The notes beneath the pieces were generated by a model. The model had not been told where the DNA came from. It saw only the letters and a program-made list of their open reading frames with translations, and ran no database searches. A stretch of DNA of 64,000 nucleotides from a candidate division WOR-3 bacterium (GTDB lineage Bacteria; Hydrothermota; Tepidihabitantia; B3-TA06), in assembly GCA_965649265.1 (NCBI GenBank), contig CBFGKC010000004.1, positions 24,331 to 88,330 of the forward strand, in the 5' to 3' direction. Position numbers and translations under genes: made by a program. This document shows positions 54,838-64,000 of this stretch, piece after piece (the stretch's first letter is position 1; the number at the start of each line of letters is the position of its first letter).

Positions 54838-56748
54838 GTGAACCCGGCTGTCGCCTTCATTCTTTTGGTTCTCAACAGCTCCTGGCCTTTGGAACGCGGC
54901 GAGGCTTGCCCCGGTCTGCCCGATCGATCCGTCGGTGTTCTTGCGCCGGAAACCACCCTGGCCTTTGATGTCGATCATTACAAGATAACGCTCGATATCG
55001 ATATTCCGGCTGAGACTCTTGCAGCGACCACGGAAATTAACCTGAAGATACTCGAACCGGCGGTCAGCATCAAACTCGATTTCGTCGGTATGAGCGTTTC
55101 CGAAGTTAAAGAGGGCGGCACTGCCCGCTCCTTTTCGAGGATTGATTCCTTCATAATCATTGCTCTCGGCAGGACGGTGGACGAGGGGGAAACCCTGAAC
55201 CTGAGCATAGCCTATCACGGTAGACCGACTATTGCTTCGGCTGGGTTCGGAAGGGGTCTCTACATCAACTCGGACACTTCTGAGGATGCCGTGACGTACT
55301 CTTGCAGCGCGCCTTGGGGGGCCAAGTACTGGTTTGTCTGCCAGGATAATCCGGCGGACAAGGCAACTATGGAGATGATAGTCACCGTCCCATCCGACTA
55401 CGAAGCAATCTCAAATGGTGTCCTTGTTTCCAAAACGAGTTCGGGGCCTGACATGTCCTTCCACTGGCAGGAGAAACATCCCATAGCCACTTATCTTGTA
55501 GCCCTTGCCGCTTCAAAAAACTACGCTTTAACCATCGATACGGCCATGATAGGGGCAGTCCCCCTCCCCCTTTACCATTGGGTTCTCGAAAAAGATTCCG
55601 CAGTAATCACCCCCAAGCTTGCAGGTGTCAAGGAAATCGTTGAGTACTTTTCCGGGTTGTTTTACCCCTATCCTTTCCTCGACGAGAAATACGCGCAGGT
55701 TTACGCGCCCGTCTCCGGCGCAATGGAGAATCAAACGTGCACCCACATAAATACCGACGCAGGCTGGGAAGACTGGGGCGTCATTACCGCCCACGAGCTT
55801 TCCCATTCATGGTGGGGAAACTCAGCGGGCTTCAGGCGGCTCAAACACGTCTGGCTTAGCGAGGGTTTTGCCACTTACAGCGCGGCGCTCTGGGTGGAGC
55901 ATCGTGACGGCCAGGAAGCATACCAGAAGTACTTCGACGAAAAAATCGCCGGCGGGTATCTGGCGAATTTCAGTGCGTTCTCATATTCCATCCTGGACCC
56001 TCCCTGGTCGCTCATATACTCCGAGTTGACTTACGAGAAGCCTGCCGCGGTTTTGCACATGCTGCGCCGGTTGATTGGAGACCTCGACTTTTTCGCCGCG
56101 ATCAAGACGTACGGCGAGCGATTCCAGGACTCAACCGCGCTGTCGGAGGATTTCGAAGAGATCGTGAACGAAATAACCGGAAGTGATTATTCATGGTTCT
56201 TCGACGAGTGGCTCAGGTCACCGGGGCATCCCCAGTACATGGTTACCTGGTCAGGCGAGAGTGTCAAAGATTCCACGTCTCTCTCGATACGCGTTCGCCA
56301 GACTCAAACCTGGCCTCCCGGCGTCGGTTTGTTCAAGATGCCTCTCGAGTTCGCAATCGTGGAAGGCGCGGATACTTCGTTCGTCTGGTTCACGGACAGC
56401 CTGAAGGATCAGACTTTCACCATCATGCGCGCTCAAACACCTTCCTCGGTTCTTTTCGATCCTCACGGCAATCTCCTGAAGAAGATACAGTCCGGCGTGA
56501 ACGAAGTCGCTTTTGAACCCGAACCTCTTTTCGAGTGTGCCTCGATTACCTCTTCCTCCCTCTCCTATTCCACCCACAGTGCGACACCCGTGAACATTTC
56601 TCTTTACGATATCTCAGGTCGAAAGCTGTCCGTGCTGCATGACCTTCCCTCGTGCGGCGTAATAGACCTGGCCGGTTATCCAGGCGGGGTGTATTATCTT
56701 AAAGTGGAGACGCTGCCTTCGCTTCGGAGGGTGGTTCTCGTAAAGTAA
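54838..56748 (+). CDS. M1 family zinc aminopeptidase with T9SS-type CTD
   Basis: GAMENQT, HELSHSWWG..WLSEGFA; CTD LYDISGR..GVYYLKV..VVLVK. Confidence 0.92.
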   Translation: MNPAVAFILLVLNSSWPLERGEACPGLPDRSVGVLAPETTLAFDVDHYKITLDIDIPAETLAATTEINLKILEPAVSIKLDFVGMSVSEVKEGGTARSFSRIDSFIIIALGRTVDEGETLNLSIAYHGRPTIASAGFGRGLYINSDTSEDAVTYSCSAPWGAKYWFVCQDNPADKATMEMIVTVPSDYEAISNGVLVSKTSSGPDMSFHWQEKHPIATYLVALAASKNYALTIDTAMIGAVPLPLYHWVLEKDSAVITPKLAGVKEIVEYFSGLFYPYPFLDEKYAQVYAPVSGAMENQTCTHINTDAGWEDWGVITAHELSHSWWGNSAGFRRLKHVWLSEGFATYSAALWVEHRDGQEAYQKYFDEKIAGGYLANFSAFSYSILDPPWSLIYSELTYEKPAAVLHMLRRLIGDLDFFAAIKTYGERFQDSTALSEDFEEIVNEITGSDYSWFFDEWLRSPGHPQYMVTWSGESVKDSTSLSIRVRQTQTWPPGVGLFKMPLEFAIVEGADTSFVWFTDSLKDQTFTIMRAQTPSSVLFDPHGNLLKKIQSGVNEVAFEPEPLFECASITSSSLSYSTHSATPVNISLYDISGRKLSVLHDLPSCGVIDLAGYPGGVYYLKVETLPSLRRVVLVK

Positions 56749-56768
56749 ACCTCGTTCCTCTATGAAAT

Positions 56769-56806
56769 TCAATGGGGCGGCCGTTTGCGCCGCCCCTTGA
56801 TTGTTT
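56769..56806. terminator. probable bidirectional terminator between convergent operons
   Basis: GGGGCGGC..GCCGCCCC stem with AT-rich flanks. Confidence 0.55.
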
Positions 56807-56873
56807 TAGGAAATTACCGGACCCGTATCCGTAATAATTGATCCTCGAGGCTTGTCCTTCTCCTGAAGGAGAA

Positions 56874-59800
56874 CTATCGGGCTCGTCTGGCGGCCGCCTT
56901 CTTCTCCCTTGGTTTTTCGAACAGGTGGTAGAGAACCGGGATAAAGACAAGAGTCAGAAAGGTTCCGACCAGAAGTCCACCGAGCACCGGCACCGCGAGA
57001 GGCTGCGTCATCTCTGTTCCTTCTCCTATGCCCAGCGCCATGGGTACGAGACCCACGATGGTCGTCAGCGCAGTAATGAGGATAGGCCTCATTCTCACCC
57101 TTCCGGCCTCTTTAAGAGCCTCCTCGAGCTTCATCCCGCGATCTCGCCGCAGCTGGTTGACGTAATCTATGTAGACGATTCCGTTATTCACTATCACGCC
57201 CACTAGGACTATGAAACCGAGGAAGCTGAAAGTGTTGAGGGTGGTGCCCGTGAAAATGAGCATCGCCACGGCTCCGATGAGGGCGAGCGGTATCGTGAAC
57301 ATGATGATGAACGGAAATCTGAAAGAACCGAACTGCGCGGTCATAACGAGATACACGAGGGCTATGGCAATGAGCAGAATCCACCAGAGGTCCGAAAACG
57401 ATTCGCTCATCTGCTGGAATCCGCCTATCAGGCGAAGCTTTATCCCCGATGGTGTGGGCGCGCGTTTCAGCATACTGCGTACGTCCTCGGATATCGAGCC
57501 AAGATCGCGGCCTCTGATATCGGCCTTGACTGTGAGTATTCGATTTGTTCCTTTATGCTTGATCAGTATCGGGCTCGGCGATACTTCGATATCGACCATA
57601 TTGCGAAGCGGAACCGATCCGGTGGGTGTTTTGATTTCTATGGCTTCAATCTTGGAGAGCGACGAACGGTCAATTCCCGAAAGTCTGACACGGACATTGA
57701 AGTCCTTGGATTCGACCCTGTAAGTTGTGGCTACCGCACCCGCGAGTTCCGTCCGGAGAATCTTGCCGAGTTCGTAAGGCGTCATCCCGAAGCGGGAGGC
57801 CAGATCGCGTCGTATCTTCAATGCGATGCCCGGTCTTTTCTCCTCGGCGCTCGAGCGAACGTCGACGATTCCTCTGATATGCGAGAGTGAATCCGCTATG
57901 ATATTTGCCAGGCTGTCTGTTTCCCTCATGTCATACCCCTCTATCTCGACAACCACAGGCGTCGATCCGCCCAGAGCGACGTCCTCCGCGCCGAAGGCGA
58001 GGCTGCCTAGAGCCTCGGCCGCGAAAGTAATCTCCATTCCGGGAATCTGTTTGACGGCCTTCTCTCTCAGCCATTCCTTTATTTCTTCCGTGCCCCTCGA
58101 GCGCTTCGACTTGCCAACCAGGTAAAGAAGGAGCCTGGCGTTGTTCGATCCCTCCACTCCCTGTATGGTGGAGATGAGACCCTGGCCCGACCCGATGGTC
58201 GTCTGCATGACCTTCAACTCGGGAACGCTGTCGACTATCAGTTTCTCAAGCTTTCCCACGCGGCGCTCCATCTCCTCGAGCGATGTTCCGGCAGGAGCCT
58301 TTACTGCAATTGTCATTTCGCCCTGATCCATCTTGGGAAAGAAGTCCCTCGGCTGGAAGAAGAGCGCGACTACGGATAAGACCAGAAGGCCGAGTCCGGT
58401 GAACACTATGTAGGCTCTGTGCCCGAGGGCCCAGGAGATTATTCTCTTGTATATATTCTCAATCTTCGTATAAAAGCGCTCGAATACCTGCAAGAGTTTT
58501 GGGGGCTTTTTTTCGAGGCCGAGAAATCGTGACGAGGCCATGGGAATAATCAAAAGAGCGACAAGGATCGAGCCGCTCAATGCAAAGATCACGACCCAGG
58601 AAAACTCGGTGAAAAGGACGCTGACAAAACCCCTTATGAAAAGCAGCGGGATGAAGACGACAAGGGTCGTAATGGTAGAGGATGTAATGGCTGAGCCTAC
58701 CTCCCTGGCCCCTACGCTTGCCGCTTCTCGAGGCGGAAGCCCGGACTTGTTATGCCTGTGAATGGCCTCGAATACGACGATCGAGGCGTCCACGACCATC
58801 CCGATTGCCACCGTAAGTCCTGCCATAGAGAGTATGTCTATACGGTATCCTGCCGCGCTTACGCCGATGAGAGCCAAAAGGACCGACAAGGGGATGGATG
58901 CGGCAACGAAGAACGTGGAACGGAAGCCGCCAAGGAACATGAAGATGACGATCACGGCAAGGATGCCGCCTTCGACGAGATTCCAGAACGTGCTTGAAAC
59001 CGCGGTTTTGATGAAGCTTGCTCCGTCGTGCAGGATCACGAGCTCCACGCCTTCGGGAAGGTCTTTCTTTATATCCTCGATGGCCTCAGTCAGGCGCTTG
59101 GAGAGCTGGATCGTGTTGGCTCCGGAACGTTTCTGCACCATGATGGAAATGCCCGGTTTCCCGTTAATGTTCAAACCGGACGTCTGTTCCGCGTCCGCCC
59201 ATGACAGGCGAGCCACGTCTCCAAGATACACGGGCATGTTGCCTTTGCTGCCCACTATCGTTCTTTCAAGTTCGCTCAAGTCCGCGTACTCGGCCACCAG
59301 CCTCAAATCGGTATTCTGACCGTTTTCGGTCAAACTGCCGAGAGGATAATTGAGGTTGTGCGCCTTGAGAACCATCTCGATTTGCACGGGCGATATCTCG
59401 CAGGAAGCAAGCTTCCTGAGGTCCAGTTCGACCAGGAGTTCGCGCTCCTTGCCTCCCATTACGTCCGCCGCCGCAGTGCCCTGGACACGCTGGAGCTTTC
59501 TGGCGACGTCATCCGCGATTTGCCTCGTCGCCGCCTGGTCGCTTCCACCGGAAACTCCCAAAATCATCTGTGGAAGCAGCGCCCCCGAGAGTTTGACCAT
59601 GAAAGGCTCGCCGACCTCTTCAGGCGCTTCCATGAGCCCCACGTCAAGCCTTTCGCGGACCTCTGCGTCCACATCGTCGATGTTTACTCCCCAGTCGAAG
59701 GTGAGCTGCACGACTGCTACGTTTTCCCTGGCATCGGACTGTATCTCCTTGAGTCCCGAAATGGTACCAAGCCAGCGCTCAAGGGGGTCCACCAGATTCT

Positions 59801-59981
59801 TTTCCACCTCCTCCGGGCCCGCACCGGGGTAAGGTGTCATGATAATTATCGACGGCAACTCGACTTTAGGCAGAAGATCCACCGGTATTCTTGAAAGCGA
59901 CAGGCCTCCGAAGATCAGCACTGCCGCGAAAATGGCGAAAACGAAGTATGGTCTTTTTATTGCGAAATCGGATATGTTCAT
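56874..59981 (-). CDS. RND efflux transporter permease (AcrB/AcrD/AcrF family)
   Basis: FAIKRP, YPGAGPEEVE, GMVVDASIVV, RMRPILITALTT; 1035 aa. Confidence 0.95.
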   Translation of the reverse strand: MNISDFAIKRPYFVFAIFAAVLIFGGLSLSRIPVDLLPKVELPSIIIMTPYPGAGPEEVEKNLVDPLERWLGTISGLKEIQSDARENVAVVQLTFDWGVNIDDVDAEVRERLDVGLMEAPEEVGEPFMVKLSGALLPQMILGVSGGSDQAATRQIADDVARKLQRVQGTAAADVMGGKERELLVELDLRKLASCEISPVQIEMVLKAHNLNYPLGSLTENGQNTDLRLVAEYADLSELERTIVGSKGNMPVYLGDVARLSWADAEQTSGLNINGKPGISIMVQKRSGANTIQLSKRLTEAIEDIKKDLPEGVELVILHDGASFIKTAVSSTFWNLVEGGILAVIVIFMFLGGFRSTFFVAASIPLSVLLALIGVSAAGYRIDILSMAGLTVAIGMVVDASIVVFEAIHRHNKSGLPPREAASVGAREVGSAITSSTITTLVVFIPLLFIRGFVSVLFTEFSWVVIFALSGSILVALLIIPMASSRFLGLEKKPPKLLQVFERFYTKIENIYKRIISWALGHRAYIVFTGLGLLVLSVVALFFQPRDFFPKMDQGEMTIAVKAPAGTSLEEMERRVGKLEKLIVDSVPELKVMQTTIGSGQGLISTIQGVEGSNNARLLLYLVGKSKRSRGTEEIKEWLREKAVKQIPGMEITFAAEALGSLAFGAEDVALGGSTPVVVEIEGYDMRETDSLANIIADSLSHIRGIVDVRSSAEEKRPGIALKIRRDLASRFGMTPYELGKILRTELAGAVATTYRVESKDFNVRVRLSGIDRSSLSKIEAIEIKTPTGSVPLRNMVDIEVSPSPILIKHKGTNRILTVKADIRGRDLGSISEDVRSMLKRAPTPSGIKLRLIGGFQQMSESFSDLWWILLIAIALVYLVMTAQFGSFRFPFIIMFTIPLALIGAVAMLIFTGTTLNTFSFLGFIVLVGVIVNNGIVYIDYVNQLRRDRGMKLEEALKEAGRVRMRPILITALTTIVGLVPMALGIGEGTEMTQPLAVPVLGGLLVGTFLTLVFIPVLYHLFEKPREKKAAARRAR

Positions 59982-59990
59982 CAGGAGCTT

Positions 59991-60848
59991 CTACCTTTCG
60001 ACGGTTCTGACTTTCTGGCCCGATTTCAAGGTCTTTCCTCCAAAGGTGACTATGCGTTCGGTCTCGTCGATCCCCGATTGAATCTCTATGACGCCGTCAC
60101 CTTCCAGACCTGTTTTTACCGTGCGCTTTACGACACTGTCGCCGGAGACCACGAGAAGCGAAGAGCCGTCGAGCGCGGTCTGCGGGACGACGATCACTGC
60201 TTCACGCTCTGCCAGAACGAGCTTCGCGTTTACCGAAAGCCCGGGCAGAAATTCTTGCGGACGCTCCTGCGGGGTGAGAGTGACTTTGAACGTCCTGGTC
60301 ATGGGGTCGACTACAGGGGCTTTTGCCCTTACTCGCGCGTGTATCGTGTCGGAGTCAAAGAAAAGGAACGCGCGGGAGCCTTCCTTTATTCGAGGGTAGT
60401 CCTCCCCCGGAAGTGAAACCTCCACCTCGACGCTTGAGGGGTCGACGACGGCCGCGAGCGGGGTTCCCGGAGCGGCGGGTTCGCCCTCCTTGACCATTAT
60501 CTCGGCAACGACCCCGGCAATGGGTGCTTTTATGGGCTGCGGCTCGAACTCGAGTCCGACCTCGTCCGGCTGCAGAATCATGAGCGTCTGATCCTTTGCG
60601 ACCCTCGATCCCTCGCTTGTGAATATGCTCTTGACCTTGCCGTAGGAACGGGCTACTGCGGCGCTCCGGCGGGTGGGCACCACGTAGCCCACTACGTCAA
60701 GTGTTTTCGTGATCTTGCCCCGCGAAACACTGGCAACTTCGACCAGCGGAACGGTTTTTTCTTCTATCTTGCCTCTCTTGGGTAAAAATATGACAATCAA
60801 GACGGCGGCAACGGCAAGTGCCGCTCCGGTAATTATCCATTTTTTCAC
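59991..60848 (-). CDS. RND periplasmic adaptor (membrane fusion protein, short hairpin)
   Basis: GKV..EGSRV, IKAPIAGVV, VDPMTRTF, VPQTAL, VKTG. Confidence 0.92.
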   Translation of the reverse strand: MKKWIITGAALAVAAVLIVIFLPKRGKIEEKTVPLVEVASVSRGKITKTLDVVGYVVPTRRSAAVARSYGKVKSIFTSEGSRVAKDQTLMILQPDEVGLEFEPQPIKAPIAGVVAEIMVKEGEPAAPGTPLAAVVDPSSVEVEVSLPGEDYPRIKEGSRAFLFFDSDTIHARVRAKAPVVDPMTRTFKVTLTPQERPQEFLPGLSVNAKLVLAEREAVIVVPQTALDGSSLLVVSGDSVVKRTVKTGLEGDGVIEIQSGIDETERIVTFGGKTLKSGQKVRTVER

Positions 60849-62125
60849 TTCTCGCCTCCGATGAGTATTCCGGTAACTTTAATCCAGCGCTCATGCGCGA
60901 TGATGACTTCCTTGTCTGCCGACATTCTGTCCACCTTTGCCTTGCGCAGCCCCAGCTCGGCATCCAGCAGATCCACGTCCGACGCGAGCCCTTCCATGTA
61001 GCGCTTGCGGACAATAGACGATAACTCAAGCGCCTCGTTTTCCTTGTTCACCGCCGCAGCTTCTCTCGCAAGAGCCGTTTCAAGAATGCCTCTGGCTTCC
61101 TCCACCTCAAAGCGAACCTGCGCCTTCATCGCTTCTTCCTGAATCGCAATCTTCTGTTTTTCCTTCTCGAGTCTCTTCACCTCGGCGTAATTCACGAAGC
61201 CGGAGGAGATCGGAATCTGGGCTCCTATGGAATAGGACCAGCCCTTGCCCCAGGCCGTATCCGTCAGCGGTGAGCGCTGAACAGTGTAGCTGGCGCCCAG
61301 GGCGACCGCAGGCAGCGCTTCCCTCTGTTTTATCTTTATCTGGCGGTCAATCATCCTTTGACCCAGATCGAGTTCCTGCCACAACGGCCGTCTTGAAAGA
61401 ATCTCCTCAAGGTCGGAAGGGGGAGGGGGGGTATCGGTAACGCTTTCCAGCTTTTCCGGCTTGATCACGAGTACCGTATCTTCGCCGAGTCCAAGAAGAA
61501 TCGCGAACCTTGTTACGAGCGCCGAGCGCTGGTTGCGGATGTCGATGAGTTCCGGTGCGAGTTCCGATTCCCTGGTTTTGGCCTGAAGAAGATCGTAGTG
61601 CGATACGAGTCCCTGATCGTATTTTTCCTCGATGTTCAGGCGGTGCCTGAGGGCGTTCGCCGCCGCTGCCTCGGTAAGGCTTTCCGCCTCGGAAAGGAAG
61701 CCTATGTTCGCGTAAAGCTCGACGACATTCATCCTCAGGTTCCTTATGATCTCGACCGAATCGAGCCTCGATAATTCCACCGCCTCGCCGGCCAGCGCGT
61801 ATCCCTGCAGCCTGCGGCCGAAGGTCCAAATGGGTATCTGGATGCCGGTCTGGATGAGGTCGATGTTCTCGTCCCCCAGCGGGATTTCGATAGTGCCGAG
61901 CTTGAACGACGGGGCCTTGTCCAGCCGCATGGCCTGGCTCTGGGCCGTTATCTTGGGGAAGAATTCCGAAAGCACCTTTTGCTGTTCGAGCGCCTTTTCC
62001 TCTATCGTGACCGCCGAAAGCCTCACGTCCGGAGCCATAAGGTACGTTCTCTCGAGCGCCTCATCGAAAGAAAGCGTGAGCGTATCGGGCGAAGCGGCAA
62101 TCAAAAGGATCAATAAAGCGTTCAA
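60845..62125 (-). CDS. TolC family outer-membrane efflux protein (start corrected to TTG 62125)
   Basis: LSFDEALE, FFPKI, YDQGLVS..DLLQA, Y.EGLAS.VDLLDA; TTGA overlap with the tetR stop. Confidence 0.9.
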   Translation of the reverse strand: MNALLILLIAASPDTLTLSFDEALERTYLMAPDVRLSAVTIEEKALEQQKVLSEFFPKITAQSQAMRLDKAPSFKLGTIEIPLGDENIDLIQTGIQIPIWTFGRRLQGYALAGEAVELSRLDSVEIIRNLRMNVVELYANIGFLSEAESLTEAAAANALRHRLNIEEKYDQGLVSHYDLLQAKTRESELAPELIDIRNQRSALVTRFAILLGLGEDTVLVIKPEKLESVTDTPPPPSDLEEILSRRPLWQELDLGQRMIDRQIKIKQREALPAVALGASYTVQRSPLTDTAWGKGWSYSIGAQIPISSGFVNYAEVKRLEKEKQKIAIQEEAMKAQVRFEVEEARGILETALAREAAAVNKENEALELSSIVRKRYMEGLASDVDLLDAELGLRKAKVDRMSADKEVIIAHERWIKVTGILIGGEK

Positions 62126-62727
62126 GCCATTATCCCCTTGATGAGAATGTCCTTGACGAAAACCATCTCGAGCGCAGGGTCGGTGGGAGTGTCCGATAAT
62201 ATCATGGGGTGCACGTAGCAATACTCCAGAAGATGCATGAAGAGCCCTGCGAGCCTTTCAGGGTCGAGCGGCCTGAACTCCCCGGATTCGATTCCCTTCT
62301 TGAAAACGGACGCGAGATTCATCTTGAGGCCGTTCAACACGGGAAAGAACTTCTTTTGAAGATCGTCCTCTATCTCCTCCGGGCTCACGCTGGGAACGGC
62401 GAAGATGGGCACGTCCTGGGTTCGCGGTTTCTCGGCAAAAGCCTTGTGACTTGCTTCGAGGATTCGCTCGAGCGCTTGGCGGGAACTCGTGAGCTTCTCG
62501 CGGGTCACCTCCCTTACCACCCTGGCAAAGGCGTTGACCTTTTCCACGAGGAGCGAAAGGTATATATCGCCTTTGCTGCGAAAGTAAAGGTAGAGTGTTC
62601 CTTTCGCGACCCCGGCCTCGAATGCAAGCTCATCCATCGAAATATCCTTGAAGCTTTTTAGCCGCATGAGCTTTGCTGCGGCTTCAAGTATGCGCTCGCT
62701 TTTACTCGAATCTGAATCTTGCGGCAA
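62122..62727 (-). CDS. TetR/AcrR family regulator
   Basis: ILEAAAKL..SMDELA.EAGVAKGTLYLYFRSK; GIESGEFR. Confidence 0.95.
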   Translation of the reverse strand: MPQDSDSSKSERILEAAAKLMRLKSFKDISMDELAFEAGVAKGTLYLYFRSKGDIYLSLLVEKVNAFARVVREVTREKLTSSRQALERILEASHKAFAEKPRTQDVPIFAVPSVSPEEIEDDLQKKFFPVLNGLKMNLASVFKKGIESGEFRPLDPERLAGLFMHLLEYCYVHPMILSDTPTDPALEMVFVKDILIKGIMA

Positions 62728-63295
62728 GGTATACCTCCATAAAACGTTCGTCGGTATCGGTCTTTCCGTACTTTTCCGCGTCCATCGAAAAGACGTGGCG
62801 GTGATTGACCCCGAGATCGAATATCAGGAAAGGCCACGGCCTGAACATGACGGAGCCGCCCACGATGACGCCGAAGTTGGTCGCTTCCATGTATATCGTG
62901 TCCGATGCCGTGTCCTTGGGCGCAATCCTTATCACCTGCCCGTCTTCGAGCATCCTCCAGGGCGCGAGGAAACCGCCGGTCCTGAGCTTTATCCCGAGTG
63001 GCCCATCCAGATATGGCCATGATTCAAAGACCGCCGAGGCGTCGTAGAAATATCCCTCCCAGCGAAGCAGATGGGAAATGGTATCCGTTTCATCATCCTT
63101 CTCTATCCCGAATCTTCTGAATCCGAGATCGAAGCCGATGCCCGGAAGTATGTCCCTCACGCCTATCTCCGCACCGTACGAAATCGCAGGTGTATAATCG
63201 CCGATGTCCGCGCCCAGGCCTTTCTCGAGCGTTGCCCCTGCGCCTGCCTCGAATCCAAGGCTGAAGAGCGAGCAAGTCAATATGAATCCTGTCAC
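62702..63295 (-). CDS. small outer-membrane beta-barrel-like protein, first gene of the efflux operon
   Basis: Signal peptide, alternating strands, C-terminal ARFRFE; GGAAGG SD. Confidence 0.7.
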   Translation of the reverse strand: MTGFILTCSLFSLGFEAGAGATLEKGLGADIGDYTPAISYGAEIGVRDILPGIGFDLGFRRFGIEKDDETDTISHLLRWEGYFYDASAVFESWPYLDGPLGIKLRTGGFLAPWRMLEDGQVIRIAPKDTASDTIYMEATNFGVIVGGSVMFRPWPFLIFDLGVNHRHVFSMDAEKYGKTDTDERFMEVYLAARFRFE

Positions 63296-63326
63296 TTAAC
63301 CTTCCTTTCGAAATCTGCTCTGAAAA

Positions 63327-63388
63327 ATTGACTGACCGGTCGGTCAATGACTGACCGGTCAGTATAGCTAAACCAACGAAATTGTCAA
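63327..63388 (-). promoter_or_regulatory. promoter TTGACA-N16-TATACT with two tandem palindromic operators (probable TetR sites)
   Basis: ATTGACTGACCGGTCGGTCAAT at 63327-63348 and ACTGACCGGTCAGT at 63350-63363 overlap the -10 box and start site. Confidence 0.8.
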
Positions 63389-63398
63389 GTCATGCACC

Positions 63399-64000
63399 TT
63401 AAAAAGTCTCCTTAAGGCAGTCCTCTTCAAGGTAACAGTTCGACTCGTCTTCAGGGTGGGTGTTGTAGTAAGCCTGGGCAAGGAACGGGTTCTTCTTGGC
63501 AATCTTGTCGTAGTCCCACGATGGCGGGGAGCATTCAGGGCACCAGTGGCCGGCGAGGAGAACCAGGGCGACGCTTGCATCGAACTCGTGCCCGAACGCG
63601 CAGCGCCAGTGAAGCTTCTCTGACCTGTCGCCGCCGTAGTTCTCTGTAAGGCACTCGCCGCCCCTGAACTTCGCCGCCTTCCTCAATTCATCAATAGAGA
63701 GTTCCTCCACAGTCTTACTTTCGTCGTAGCCGTGATCCAGAAGGTGCGAGTCCGTGCACCATTTCTCCGGAAGCGTTTCCCAGCCGCCCATTTCCAGCCA
63801 CTTCTCCTTCGAGCCGTAGAACGCCTTAACGCGGTTGCCCATCTCCTCGGGATGCGCCGTCCAGTAAAGAGGACCGTCCTTGCGCGAGGCCATTGGCCTC
63901 ATCACTGCGTTCTTGATGATCCCCCTTGGCACCGCTCTTCCGAGCTTCATGTACCAGGGCAGGCTCTTCTCGATATCCTTCAAATGATCCTCGTACGACT
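63399..64000 (-). CDS. C-terminal part (5' end outside the window) of a protein with a zinc-ribbon; probably an NAD(P)-dependent epimerase/oxidoreductase-type fusion
   Basis: Frame is open to the window edge; RGGECL..WRCAFGHEF..GHWCPEC. The N-terminal family is a recollection, not visible here. Confidence 0.6.
   Translation of the reverse strand, partial: SYEDHLKDIEKSLPWYMKLGRAVPRGIIKNAVMRPMASRKDGPLYWTAHPEEMGNRVKAFYGSKEKWLEMGGWETLPEKWCTDSHLLDHGYDESKTVEELSIDELRKAAKFRGGECLTENYGGDRSEKLHWRCAFGHEFDASVALVLLAGHWCPECSPPSWDYDKIAKKNPFLAQAYYNTHPEDESNCYLEEDCLKETF

Noticed and set aside
1-64000. Prophage, IS, integron or rRNA/tRNA genes
   Set aside because: No integrase, transposase, phage structural or RNA-gene signatures were recognised.

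Overview
Chromosomal window from a diderm, probably anaerobic peptide-fermenting bacterium. T9SS-type C-terminal sorting domains, a PorV-like protein, a TonB receptor and a four-subunit POR suggest an FCB-related lineage such as WOR-3/TA06 (inference only). It holds about 55 genes: T9SS cargo (an FG-GAP/Ig-like protein, 2 esterases, 3 M1 aminopeptidases), an ECF sigma/anti-sigma operon, two barrel-OmpA proteins, gdhA, porCDAB directly followed by mglB-mglA, def-fabD, an alr operon, cdd plus malic enzyme, and an RND efflux operon. Three AT-richer defence-like islets are present (MTase-Mrr fusion, NDT-like pair, STAND-like ATPase-TPR). I recognised no rRNA, tRNA, CRISPR array, integrase or transposase. 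Main leads: (1) a stand-alone aspartokinase-type ACT-ACT / DUF4388-wHTH / Roadblock module plus MglBA co-transcribed with POR, a candidate nutrient-sensing small-GTPase circuit; (2) a dispersed hairpin family with fixed geometry (14-bp stem, 3-nt loop, ACCCC tail) but variable sequence; (3) micro-repeats CCCGTAACAC and GCCCTCCTC found between genes and in-frame inside proteins; (4) 16 of 20 sigma70-like promoters have 16-bp spacers; (5) an ECF promoter inside the sigma gene, also found before a barrel-fused SppA; (6) an apparent in-frame segment swap in a beta-helix lipoprotein. All calls come from reading motifs by eye; no searches were run.
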